From assembly GCA_964304625.1 (NCBI GenBank), contig OZ199840.1, forward strand, positions 3,733,631 through 3,797,630: a stretch of 64,000 nt of DNA, given 5' to 3'. The notes under the pieces are model-generated. The model did not search any database. It saw only the letters and a program-made list of their open reading frames with translations, and was not told the origin of the DNA. The DNA is from Kudoa neothunni. Taxonomy: Eukaryota > Animalia > Cnidaria. Within the stretch, counting starts at the first letter, position 1, and each line of letters opens with the position of its first letter. The position numbers were made by a program, and so were the translations under genes. Of this stretch, positions 40,601 to 53,900 are shown piece by piece.

Positions 40601-43600
40601 GACATAATGTTGATAATTTATTTATCAAATTATTTAAAAACATTTATTTGGCCATTAAATATATATATATATACATAATTTATAAATAAATTAATTTAAA
40701 TAATTAGTTTTTATAGATTATTTTGTAGTGACGTGTGGTGATTCGTTAGTTCTCAGACGCGTTGAGATTTTTGTTTTCGATTGGTGGCGAAATGGAGACG
40801 GAATTAAAAACTGATTTATGGCATTAAAAGAGAAATATATAATAATAAAGTTTCTCAAAAATTACTATCAAGGCATGGAGCGGAAACAATATTGAAAATG
40901 ACGCCAATATTAATGATTTTATAAGTGATGGTAACTGTCACAGAGATCGGAGATCAGAGATGGCAAGTTTCATAAATTCGATGATAGAGAGCGAAAAATT
41001 ATTCCATTCAAAATTTTCTGTCTTATTCGTCTGATTGAAGACATACATTACTCGAAATATCACGATTTAAATAGTTATAACATCAAAAGGATATTGAACG
41101 AGAAGTACACAATAAAATTGTCAGAATACTTATAATATTCCTATAACTAAGTAATTTCGATCCAAATAATTTACCATTATAGTTGATTTATATCATTTTT
41201 TCTTTCATGGTATCGCGCGCGCAAACATAGAAATTACGAACCACATGTCACTCACTGTATTCACCGTATTACTATTACAGCAATTATGCGCAAGAGCTAA
41301 ACTAAATTTTACTCTATCATTCAACAAGTTGTTCGTCAATTTCAATATAGGGACAAAAACACATTATTTTGATGAATGTAAACCATTATAGATTAAACAC
41401 GGCTTATTTTATTTTAATTCAATAGAATAGTTTGTTTATTTTAGTTACAAACATCCACTCAAGGAAACTTAAAATACTATTTCGCATGCGCGATATCATT
41501 ATTAATCACAAAGGCCCCTCCTTTTGATATGTGATATAGTAGTGATATGTGCCGTTAATTATTTTAAAATATGCCATATTTAATTGTTCATTAATTATCT
41601 CTACGTTAGTGGTTGCCAGAAATAATTGAATACATTCAAAACTGGATCTATTTCAATATTACGGTGAAAAGAATAGCCGTTTTCATTTGGTATTTTTATT
41701 CGTTAAGAATCTGGAAATATTACAATTGGACACTTAAGCGCTTTCATTTCAAGTAGCAGAATACTCTCCGCTTCACTTATTTTTCACAATCACCTCTTAA
41801 TGATTTAATAGAATTTAGATAATTTTTTACCTCAAAGCGCATTCACATAACAACAATTAGTTGCGTAGTTCTCAATATATATTAAATTCTGGTACAACAA
41901 TAGTTAAGGATTTATAAATCAACCAACTAATCAAGGAATAAAATATAATTTAACTTAAATATTTTTTAAAATACTCAAAAGTAATTCGAAAAATGATAAT
42001 GAATTTTAATCTTATCAAGTACATTCGAATATTATGGACATGACTTAACGAGTTTACGTATAAATCACATGCGCCAACAGAACCCATGAAAAATCACTTA
42101 TTATAAATCCCGTAATATAATCAGATAATGTAATTTCTTCTTTGATCAGTTACCAGTTTATTGACCAACTGACTAGCGCGTAGCTCAACCGATTAATTAT
42201 TATAATTTTACAACGAATTACCGATTAAAAATCAAGCTCCGTAAAATGTCAAGTAATGGCCATTAAGGATTGAATTATAATTTAAAAATAAATCGTCTAG
42301 AACAAAAAAGCTAAATGTTAAAATATTTCAAATCCACCATTTTTGAGTTAATCTTCACAACAATTAAAATTTAAATAACTACATGAATAAAATATTCATA
42401 AGCTTCATTTATTTTTAATTTGTTAAGAATCAAACTTATTCTTTTCACACACACAAAATAAATAAACGGATTATCGTGGACAATTAACTAATTCGTCACA
42501 CTTTGTTTGTAATCCTTAGGGGCTGCTCTAGCGTGCACATCCTATTGTAATATTAACTAATTGCTCAATAATTACCATATGCGTGGTTGTCTTGGTGATT
42601 GTTATAGCCATCTTGTCCATCGTAATTGCCTAAATAATTGTTTATTGTGTCGAATATTCGTTGCACAATAAATCGGATTAATACCATTGGTGGGAGTTGT
42701 TCGTTGATTGTCACCCAAATCTTCCCAGTCTATCAACAGAAAATTAAATCAATGATGAGCATTGTGATCGATAATTGTTTACCGTCACCATTGTTGTTGT
42801 TATTGTTATTGTTGGCTAATATACAATAAGCTATAACGATTAAACATCAAATAAAATACCTGACCGAGTATACTGTGTGTTCTGTGCACCACCAATATTT
42901 TGACCTACCATGCACATAAATATAACACCACCTACTTTTTCCATAATATCCTACCATATGTTTCAACATTTGATGCAGCTACAAAAACAAATATCAGTAT
43001 ATCATATAAAAATTAATAGAGCGATTACATGAAGTAGTCGTGGCAGTTTTCGATGTATCTCGGCCATCCCATTCTATTTTAAGTATGTAAATCCCCGCCA
43101 AAAATACCCATGGCAACAACAAAACACCTACCTCCCCAACCAGAATCTCCCTGGCTTTGTTGTTGTTGTTGTTGTTGTTGTTGCTGCTGCTGTTCGATAT
43201 TGCCTCTTTCTAATAAACCAAAATCAATTAATGACACAACAATCACAATCACTTGAATCGGTATGATACGCATGCGTTTCACGTCCCCAATCTGATACAC
43301 ATTATCATTTGATGCGTCGAAAAATTAATAAATACCATCGTTTTGAGTGGTGGGATTTTTGTAGCCTAAATTAGAACATCAATAATGCGAGTGAATTTAT
43401 AATCAACAAGTTGAACCTCCATTCGAATAACTTTCAGTTGATACAGTGAATCCTTAATAAGACAATTGTTGGAAAAAAATTCATAGCACATTAAAATCCA
43501 GTACCATTATTGGTGAAAGTATCACTTGTAGTGGTAGTGGCGGTTTTAGAGTCTACTCCCCAATCTACATTTAAAGTGTATGCGTACAGCTGACTGTGGG

Positions 43601-43827
43601 ACGAAATAAAAATTACCTCCCCAACCACCAGAAGTTTTCTGTTGATCGGCATACGCGGTAGTAGCTTAAATTAATGTTAAATCAAAATTAAATAAAAATC
43701 TAAGCTCAAATAGCACTATTCAAAGAAGGATTTGACTTAAATTTGAGCTGTTCATTCAACCGCCAAATATAGTACTTTTATGTGAAGTAGATTGCTGGTC
43801 TCCAAAATCGTCCCAACCTTCTTCCAT
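37612..43827 (-). CDS. vasa: Vasa / DDX4 germline DEAD-box RNA helicase
   Basis: Core exon 37980-39445 contains GINFSDYDKI, PTPIQ, MACAQTGSGKTAAF, PTRELV, ATPGRL, DEAD, SAT, IHGDRLQQQRE, ARGLD and YVHRIGRTGR. Last exon 37612-37893 ends in acidic residues plus Trp (NDDEYW*), a Vasa hallmark. The core has no in-frame ATG ahead of its phase-1 acceptor; the N-terminus MEEGWDD.. starts at 43827 and is supplied by phase-1 micro-exons (linkage across the ~3-kb intron is inferred). Confidence 0.9.
40150..40600 (+). pseudogene. Possible PIF/Harbinger transposase relic in the vasa intron
   Basis: Fragments ILIGVYVESHYMFSIVD and CTIERVFSRWR loosely match Harbinger nuclease motifs; heavily decayed. Confidence 0.3.
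43157..43192 (-). repeat. (CAG)3(CAA)9 coding microsatellite, 12 Gln, in a vasa micro-exon
   Basis: Direct reading of the TTG/CTG run on the plus strand. Confidence 0.85.
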
Positions 43828-44695
43828 ATTTGCAGAGCGAGCTTCTACTCGGATTACGTTAGTCGCCGAAGCATTACCATGCCTTAAGTGTGCCATTAAC
43901 AAATTACGATGTTTGTTATCGGTAGTATATCCCATTAATTGTTGTATTGATTTTTTATTTGGAAAAAACATTTTGGGCCCACCACATAACTAACGCAATA
44001 GTTTGCGGTATTGAAACGATTATATTTTAATCGTGTTAAATACCACATTTTAATTTTCTTAATCTAGGATTAGGTTTATTTCCTATTTAAACTGATTTTA
44101 ACCGGTAAGAAGATAGTGAATAGATACGGATCAATACCGGAACGTTTTTCATAATACCTTTTCAGTTTTAATCCCACATTATGAGTTTAGTTCGATTTTT
44201 ACTTGATGAACTACTTAGTTGACGCCATTATTCGAGATATTAGCCCAATTATGTTTTAACATTTCTTTTTTAAATAATGTATTTAGTTAAACTTTCGAAT
44301 GAATAATAATTTTATTCCATTTTTAATTAACAGCAAATATATATTTTTTATCCTGTAATCCCCAACTTACCATGCTAACAAAAAGGTATCATCCTAAAAA
44401 TCAACTAACTAAGGTCTTACTGTCGTGATCTACTCTCCACCTAAAATTAAATAATCTATAACTTTGTCGGTGACATGGTGCGTTCATATATGTGTCAACA
44501 TATAGCTGTTAATTGCTAATTATCTTAATATAAACTGTTTTTTTAAAAGTGGTCCGTGTTATCTATACTATTGATTTTGTAATGTTTCCCCGAATTTATC
44601 ACATCAAATTTGAATTTTTCCATACGTGTAAAATAATGGAATTGTTAAAATTATAAGGCGTTTTAGATAGGAAATAGTTATTTGCCGGGTAAATA

Positions 44696-45492
44696 CAGTG
44701 ACTTATGCGTCGTGCGAAATATCGCAATAAAACGTAAAATAACAAATATATAGAAGAGTTAGTCTGTACTCTATAAACTTTATAACAAAAGTAACATACT
44801 TCCTCGATTTAAAATTAGAAAAATTAAAATATCAATAGTTTTTATGCATTTTGCGTCGTGCGTAATGATTTTTTTCATAACTACGAAGATTAAGGCTTGT
44901 GCGTCAATATAAGATAATAAAATTTCAAATCTATCCAAAAGTTGAAATTATAAGATATTATCAAAAAGTAGCGAATAAATCAAACGCTAAATCTGTAAAA
45001 ATGATCTTTGATGTAAATTAAGGTCTACCTTGAATATTATTATAACTATTTAAACTGGCTGTTTTAATATTATAACGTTTGTTCTATTCAAAAATAATAA
45101 AAACTCTCAAAGGGAGAGAATATGGATTTTGACAAACAAATGGAAGGGTGGATTGAACTGATTAGAGCAAAATAGATTGAAGATCCTCAGTATATTTTTA
45201 TTAATAAAGTTAATGAATTCCTTATGATGTCTCAAAATCAACATCTGTATCTATTGGTTGGTTGGTTTAAGTTTTAATAAAAAGATATAACATTTCGCAT
45301 AATACATTTTTAATGAATCTTCAAATTCATATCGTGTTCCATTACAAATTAATTCAACTATTAAACTAAATAAGTACGCTGGTTGGTCAAAATATAACTT
45401 AATTTTTTGTACAATTTCGCATGCGCCAAGTTACCTGTCGTGCGTAATGGTTTTGATTTTCCTTTTGATTGCACACCACCCATAAGTCACTG
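44696..45492 (+). mobile_element. pogo/Tigger-type non-autonomous element, copy 2
   Basis: TA TSD; TIRs CAGTGACTTATGCGTCGTGC / GCACACCACCCATAAGTCACTG; relic GENMDFDKQMEGWIELIR and SIGWL..RYNIS. Confidence 0.82.
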
Positions 45493-46238
45493 TAATATTC
45501 AGGTGCCACTAATTCTGACTATATTTACTTATTTCTAACTTCTAAAAGCTAAGTGGGGTCAGACATAACTAAAGATAGCAGATTCCAAAAAAGTTAAATC
45601 TGGGTAGACTTGTGAGTAAAAGTTGATGGGATTAGAAATTTCAATTGCGCAATCGTACATGCCTTTTAGGATTAGAATTTCCCCTGCAAGTAGCCTCTAC
45701 TGGAGCTAAACCAGTATAAAACCTTAGAGTACGTATGAATTTGACCTCCATGTTAGGAGGGTAAATTCGAAAAACAATTTAAAGCGGTGGTTCTCAGCTG
45801 TTCTCGCTTGCGGGCCACAGTTTGGTTTTATGCATAATTCGAACGTACATACAAATATTTCAACCAAAATTGTTCAACTAATATCTCATAAATATTTATT
45901 ATATAAATTAATTATAAGTATTTTGTTTTAAAATATACATTGACAATTTTTTAATCACCAAGAAACCAATTATGTTGAGTATTAAAAAAATTAACAGCGC
46001 TGAAGTCCCTCCAAGTAATTTTTTAAAATTACTAAAACTCCAACAAAATATAGAAAATGGCATATAATATACTAAAATTAAATATTTAATAAAATTAATC
46101 GAATTAATATGGAAATACATATACACTTTTAAAAAGAAAAACCATTAAAAAAACTTTTTTAGTGAATATGTTCTTATAAAAATTGAAATATTTTTGTTAT
46201 ATAAAATCTCTATTTTCGATAAGTACTGTATTTATTAA

Positions 46239-48651
46239 CCCTCGGAAGCCGGAACACAAAAAACTAACACGTGTGCCAAAGGGGGTGCATAAGGCACCCC
46301 AGAGATTCTCAATTTTCCTGCGCTTATTTGATAGGATTTATTATTTAAAATGGTTAATAATCACTTAAACTTGAATAAAACCATATTTGGAGTAAAAATA
46401 ATTAAACCATTTAGAAGAAAAATACAAGTGATTAATAATGAGTATTTCCATAATAAAGGCACGGTAAAACATTATACTTACCAGAAATATAGATTATGTA
46501 ATAAAAAGGCTATTTGTAAATTTAGAGAAAACTTAATTCTAATTTTAATGAGTTTCTATCATTTTTATGAAACAGTCGGCAGCAGCATCGTGATAGGATT
46601 ACCCCACAATATTCGTTAATCTTTAATTATGCCGAGGGATTAAACTAGCCGGGGAGCAATTTGAGGCAATGAATGTTGATAAATTAACTTCAATTTTGAA
46701 ATATCCCGATATTAGCAAGTTTTAACATAAAAAATCAATTTGGGCATAAAACTACAACCAGTTCTTAGCGCTAAGAACATTAAATGAGAAATATAATTAT
46801 TAAGTGATACGAATTTATTTTTATCTCTAAACCTCAGGAATCAATCTTATTTTCCAATTTTCATCAGTTTTAATATCAAAAATATATTTTTTTAATAAAA
46901 TTAATCTAAACTGATTATAAATTTACAGGTTTTTTGCATACACTGCATAAAATTCTAGTCTTCCGGTCAATAGTTCTAGGGCAGTGGACACATCTTGAAT
47001 GCAATCCTGTTGAAATTTCGTTGTTCAAAGTGGATAATTCATTATTTCCTACGTGGTTATTAAATATATCGGATCCAGATTTGAGACGTGCATGATAAAC
47101 ATTGTTTAACGTTTGTCGAAACAAAACATTAGGTTTGATGAGTTCCATCACCAATTCACGAAGAAAATACTGCCTGCGACCTAGATCAGTTGATCGCCAA
47201 ACTGGATTGTTTAACATCCAAATTATGTAAGCACTCAACGCTGGCATGTCAGTTAGGTCCATAAACATTTTTAAGGCCATCTTCTTGTTGTTCGCGAACA
47301 GGTATAGAGTTGGGTTATCCGGTCACCGTTATCAGCATCTCCCTTCATCTTATTGTAATGAACAATAATTTCAGGTCGTCTTCTTTCTGATTATTCAACC
47401 GAGTTATCGTGAAATTCCGTAGATAACAGAAAAACATTACGATTCTTCTTTGGAACATACAACACAGTTGTCAAGTTGTCACAGAAACAAAAAGTTGAGG
47501 AGAGTTCATCACGATTAGCGTCCCAGTCAAAGTTATATTTCTCTCCAACAAAAATAACGCCAAAGGAACGGAGTTGAAAATGTTTTCGGTGGTCAATCCT
47601 CGTCCACTACCATAAAACGGACTCATGAGATCCTTGACAACCCTTTCACCTTGCTTACTTTCTTTGACGTCTCCGATTTTTCCGGTGTATGGCTGAACTT
47701 TCAGCAAATATGACGTATTAACATCAACGACAACCCACAATTTCATGCAAAACTGGACAGGCTTACTTTTTATATACACTCGAAAGGGACATCTGCCACG
47801 GAAGCCTACCATTCGCTCATCAATCGTTATATATGTACCAGGCGAACAGTTTTTTTAATGCTTCGTTAATTTGTTCAAAAATCTCAATGATTGGTTCAAA
47901 TTTATCTCGAGAAGCGTAAAACCTTGGTGCTCCTGTTGACCTGTCATCGAAACGAATGGTGGTTCGGTAAATAAGACTGAATCTATCTCTCGAAATAGCG
48001 GCTGAGAAGAATGCTTGCTTAAATAACCGATTCATTCCCCAAATATTTCTCAGTGATACTCTAGATCCATTACCACGTCCAGTTACAATCAAAACACCCA
48101 GAAAAGCCATCAATTCCTCCATTGTTATTGTATTCATGCTGTTATAGCGATCAATGGATTTCCGAAACTTATTCGTATAGAATAATATTTTTTCTATGGA
48201 AATATTAATTTGTTGCAAAATTGTTCATAAATCAGCATACACTTACAAACCCGAATGATTAAAACGTGATTCGCGCGACTTTCTGGGTAATCTCATATTA
48301 ATACGATAATCCGTCGGGGACAATTAAGGACTAACTGTTATTGGACTCATTCGACTTTTATTTATATTATAAAATCTTTTCGGATATTTTTTTTTATTTT
48401 TTGATAATAAAAATATTATCTAAAAGCATTAGCAAGTATCATTAGCGCAAAAATAAATAACTCCAAATTTAAAGATGCCTCATCTATGTTTAATTTAAAG
48501 GGTATAAAAAACATTTTCTAACATATACGAGGCATTAATTATGTTGGAAGATTACGCAAAGCCAAATAAGGTGCTTTAATATTTAAAGAGGAAAATTTTA
48601 ACAAATACATACATTGGGGCGCACGAACTATCCCACTTCGTCCCGGAGGGG
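46239..48651 (-). mobile_element. piggyBac transposon with frameshifted transposase (46915-48218)
   Basis: TTAA at both ends (46235-46238, 48652-48655), CCCT../..AGGG termini; motifs ELMAFLGVLI, ISRDRF, IDERMVGFRGRCPFRVYIKSKP, YNKMKG, and a C-terminal Cys-rich CVHC..CSVC domain; three broken frames. Confidence 0.9.
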
Positions 48652-50019
48652 TTAACGAAACATATTTTTAAATTTAAAATTTGTTTACGAGACATATGCA
48701 GCCATTCAAAGAGCCACATCTGGCTCGCGAGTCATAGGTTCACGACCCTTGGTATAGACGAATATAAATTCTACAAGAGACAAAAAATTCAAGTGATACT
48801 AAGTTTCAATTTTCTGGAAAAAAACAATAATGCGGTTCGTGTCATATATAAATCAATTTCAAATTCTAACAATGATCGGAAACGATCTAAACTTTTTTAA
48901 ATTAGGTATAAAATTTAGTTATTTTTTAGAGGAGGTCATTTAGGATTGCTATATTTGATATGTTGAAATGTCTCACAGCAACTATCTTAACGTTTATTCA
49001 TGGAAGATTTTAGAAATATTTTATTACTTTGCATTTTCTTTCTAATGTTGTTGTATTTTTATCTTCGCTTAGCGCCAAATTTCTAATTTTTCAGGGAATA
49101 ATGCTACACTGATCAACAGAGCGCCCCGAGGAAAGTGCGCAAAATCGAGTGGTCACGTGATTTTTGTTACGCATTTTACTTCACTTACTATCTATTATTT
49201 GGACCAAAATTACCCTTATGTTGAAAATATTTGTTTATATAAACATTGGAAACATTTAGAATTATCATTAAATAAATTCAAAAAAGTGTGCAAAATAGAT
49301 TACCGACTGTATAAGTATAAGCAGGAATGAATGATAGCTCCAATCATTAAGTGTTAAGTCATGAGGAGTGAAAAGATAATGTTCATCCTTTCTCAATTAT
49401 ACATAGCAAATTGAGTTAATCAAAATATTTCGGTTTTAATTTATTCTCGAGGTAATTGGGATAATTTTAATTTAAGACATTTTTCAATGATATTATTTTC
49501 GCATTTAAACAAAAAGTATAATTGATTCCTGACATTCGCATGGAGGAAGGAGTGCGAACTGAACGCGAAAATTAGGATGGGGATACGGTGTAAAATTTGT
49601 AGGAAAACACTGTTCTAATGTTTCCTTAATATACGAATCATACGTAAAAATCGGCTTGATATAAATATTAGGTAAGTTTTTTATCAATAACAAGTGTGGA
49701 CTGATATGTGTGTTGAAGCCGGAATTAAACAAGGAAACTCGTTAGACTTTAGAGTGTCATGCGCGTAGTAAAAATTTGACGATTTGATCATTAACGACAA
49801 GGAAACAATTTCATAATGTCAGAATGAATTAACAATTTTTATAATTATTACCGATGTAAGCACCAGGAGTAATATAAAATAAAATCATGAATAGAAACGA
49901 ACACTTAGGTTGAATATTTTTTAACGAACAAAACCGATTGTATTGTACACGAGTGTTGTATTCGCGTTTGTCCGCTATCATTTCGGAGTGAAACGCTTGC
50001 TACGTGAAACCGGCCGACC

Positions 50020-50713
50020 ATGAGACACAACCGAATTATACAAAGCAACCATCTTCGAAAACACTGGAGGGAAAGAGTTAAAACTCATTTCGACCAACCA
50101 GGAAAGAAAGTTCGAAGAAGAAAGCTAAGAGCGAAGAAGGCAGCTGAAATTTCACCAAGACCTGTCGAAGGTTTGTTGAGACCTATTGTGCAATGCCCAA
50201 CCTTCAAATACAACATGAAATCGAGAAAGGGTAGAGGTTTTTCACTCAAAGAACTTGAGGTGGGTTTATTTCATTGCATGGAGTTGTGTGATGTGTTTGT
50301 GTGTAGTTGGCTGGAATTAGCAGAATGGTTGCCCCCACCATTGGTATTTCCGTCGACCACAGACGTGTGAATAAGTCAAGAGAGCATCTTGAAAGAAATG
50401 TTGAACGTCTTAAGGCGTACATGAGCAAGTTGATTCTTTTCCCCAAAAAGGCCGGCAAGATTAAAGCTGGTGATGCATCTGTATTTTGATTTTGTTATTT
50501 TCTCTCTGTTGACTTAATTATCAATAATAGGCAGAAAAGGTTAAGAGCGCTAAACAACACAAAACTGTCATTCTACCATTCCCGTCGCGTAGTGGTGTTA
50601 CAATAGAGAAGATTTCGGGCTACAAAAGTTCTGAGGGAGCTTTCGAAAAACTAAGAGAGCTTCAGAAACTAATGCGCGCGAAACCCGCTACTGAAGTAGC
50701 TGAGGACATATAA
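50020..50713 (+). CDS. RPL13: 60S ribosomal protein L13 (eL13), 3 exons
   Basis: [77 protein letters not shown]. Introns at 50260-50306 and 50481-50530. Confidence 0.96.
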
Positions 50714-50963
50714 CCATAGTTTCGTTGTTAGTTTTGGATTTTCCTTCATGGTGTTAGTGGTTTTTCTTTGCAGTCGTGCGTTAATGTTTCTCAAATTCAT
50801 CAAATTTAAGATGATGCTTTGTTGGAATAGTCGAATCTGTTCGTATGTTTATAGTTTATTTTTTGAATCCCAGTTGGACTTTAATACAGTGAAACATCGT
50901 TTATCCGGAACCACTATTTAGTTATTATTCCTGATGGAGTTAAACCTATGACCATAAAATTTA

Positions 50964-53900
50964 GGTAGTGGCTATTACCACGGATCCGTGTAATCCCCAC
51001 CTTCGGCACATGCTATTACCACGGGAATCAATCTCTCTGCAATTGTTATCTCTATTAAATAACTAATTTCACATTACTATTATTTATATTTTTCTCTACT
51101 AAATTATAGAATTAGGTAACAATTGAGAATATCTTTTTTTACATATTTATATTGTTTATTTTATTGATCGCTTTCCATAATTAAATGAAAGATTTATTAA
51201 TCTTAATTTAGTACATGATCAAAATTGTATTATATCATGTTCTGTCAATAATAAGATTAAAGTTAAAGAATTTTGTGTGATTTTGTAGGTCTGACATTAC
51301 TCTTGAAGCGCGCGCCTTTACATGATATATTCAACCTCGTGTTATTTAATTTATTTCCAATCTTTACAATGTTTAAATTATATGATTTATTGTATTCTAT
51401 TCATAAATTATGAACTTCAAGATAAAATATGCTCATTATATTTCACAGAAATGATGTGAATTTTCCGCGTTAGTTTTCAATATAGACAAGAAATTTGAGA
51501 AAACTAATCATAATTAGGTTATTTTTCAGAAATTAGATGAATATAACACGATGAACAATGGCTATCCTAGTCAAATAAATAATGAGAGATCTAAGAAAAT
51601 TTAGTTTTTTTTTTTGTATCCAATAGTGGTTAAAGCGTATCCCTTTGGTCTCCCAACAGACTTCACTCGAGAGGGAATTTTTAAGGCTAAAATAATTTAA
51701 AAAAAGAAAGGAAATGAAAGTACCGTCAAGCTCGATCATATTTAAAGTAGGTGCTAATTGATCTTTAGATAAAACAGTTTGGAGCTCGGGAGCATTTTCA
51801 TTTGAAATATTATTAACAATAATATTCTCGATAATCTCCTCACCTTGCGGAACAATATTATTACCAACACCCTCAACAATTATTTGAGAATTAAAAATAT
51901 TCTCAATAACATCTATTTTTTGTAAGTTAGATACGAGTAAAATATTCAAGTTAAGCGTCGTATACCTCTTCCTTCAGAGATATCTTCATCTTCAGCTATA
52001 GCCTCAGAGTATTCAATGGTGCGATTTCCTAAAAATAAATCAAGAAAAATTAAGTTTTCTTAAAATACCTAATTGATTTATTTGTTTTATTAATTTGACG
52101 TCATGGTTCTTGATTATTTTTTCTATTGTGTTGAATAGTGATAGGCAACTATCATAAAACTCCCCACAATATTCAGCGGACAAAGCTGCTAGCTTATTTG
52201 TGTAAATCACAGAATTTTTTAAACGTTTTCCATAAGAATTAAAAATTCCTTTTGGTTTTATTGTAATACTCTCTTTTGGTGTTATATTTATAGTTTCCAT
52301 TTCCAAGAATCGGCTCATGTAATCTTTTGACCACCTAGGGTGGCATAAATTTGAATCGAACATTGGAAGCAGGTTAAACGCTCTCTTTTTAAAAATATGA
52401 CTACATGGAAGGAGATACGATCTGTAAATATAACAATTACATTTTATAGATGTAGTTAAACTATCTGTATTAGTGTTTTCGTCAAAATTTTGAATTTGTT
52501 TATGGATTATATTGAAGGCAAATGGATTTAAATGATTAAAATACGCGTTTAGAACCTCATTTGAGGTATCAAAATTAACTGGGTTCAGTAATATTTTGGT
52601 TATATTGTATTTCCTTTCTATTCTCATTGATTTGAGAGCGTCAAAGAAATAACGGAAAAAATCATTAAGATTTGAAAATTTCTTTATTGTTTGTTTTAAT
52701 TGACCATTAATGGCTTCTAATCTATTATTGGTCAAGTTCTCATAGAAATGATGTGTTTCACTTAATCCTATGACCCATTCATCAGCGATTGGTTCCCAAT
52801 TGGATTTAAAATAGTTAATAAACTTATCGTTGCTTTGTTGAAAAAGGTTATTGCATAATTTATCGAATTCATGTTTATTTTTCGAATAGATAATTTTATT
52901 AAGAGTTTCAAGCAATTGGTCCCTTTTCTCTCGTGTGATACCGTATTTCGACATAGTTATTTCACGTCTGAAACTTTGAGAAACATGAAATATACAGATC
53001 ATTAGATTAGAGTTAGGAAATAGTTCTTTCAAACATTTCCTTAGAGTGTGGTGCTTGTCAGTAATGATCGTTCGGACATTTTGAGTCATGTTCGGCATCA
53101 TTTTTATTAGTTGAGAAATATACCATTTAATTGACTCCGCCGTTTCATCATACAAGATGCAACCGCTGGTTATGTGGGTTTCACCAACCGAGTCTTCTGC
53201 AACAGACAGATACAATGGCGCACTAATGAACTAATAAAACAACGAAATAGAGAAAACCTCCTAAGATTACCGTGAGTCTAGCAGTTTATAGGTTGCATCA
53301 AGCATGAGTAACTCTGGAAAGAAATTAATTGTGTTGAGCATCTGTTTATCCATAAAAAAGATTCCACAAACATTTTTATTATCATCTGATAAAACGCTCA
53401 CCATGCAATTGTATTGATTCTTTAAAATTTCTAAAATTAAAGTAACGTTATCAGTTCCAACTTTAGAGGATTTTTTAATGTTGTGGATAGCTTTCAAAGG
53501 TATATTCTTGCCTGTCTCGTCATTTATTTTGGCTTGTATGAGCTTTTTATTTGCTCCGAGAGAAAGAAGCTCTGACAAATAGCCGTCACATCGATTTAAT
53601 TTCCTCTGACTGGGTAAGTTTTCATAGATCCATGGATCATTTGGATGGTTATGGGCAGTGTTAGAAGATCTAATCTCCAGGAAATTTCCATCTACACTTA
53701 CTCTTAATGTAACTTTAAATGGGCAATCTCTCTTAAGGGAATTTTTCTTGCGTTCGCCTTTACCTCTATTTCGGTAATGGGCTCCAAAGTAACATACGTA
53801 AGTTATTTCGTAATACACTAGCGTGTCTTTAATATTTCGATTAACCCGGTTTTGCACTGAGTCAATTCTTCTTGAATCTCGAATCTTTAAATTCACAAAA

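Noticed and set aside
41207-41499. Inverted repeat ATGGTATCGCGC.. / ..GCGCGATATCAT as a MITE
   Set aside because: Short imperfect match, no TSD and no second copy in the window.
43079-43971. Stand-alone polyQ ORF (43079-43300) and ORF 43756-43971
   Set aside because: Both are read-throughs of vasa micro-exons plus intron or UTR sequence.
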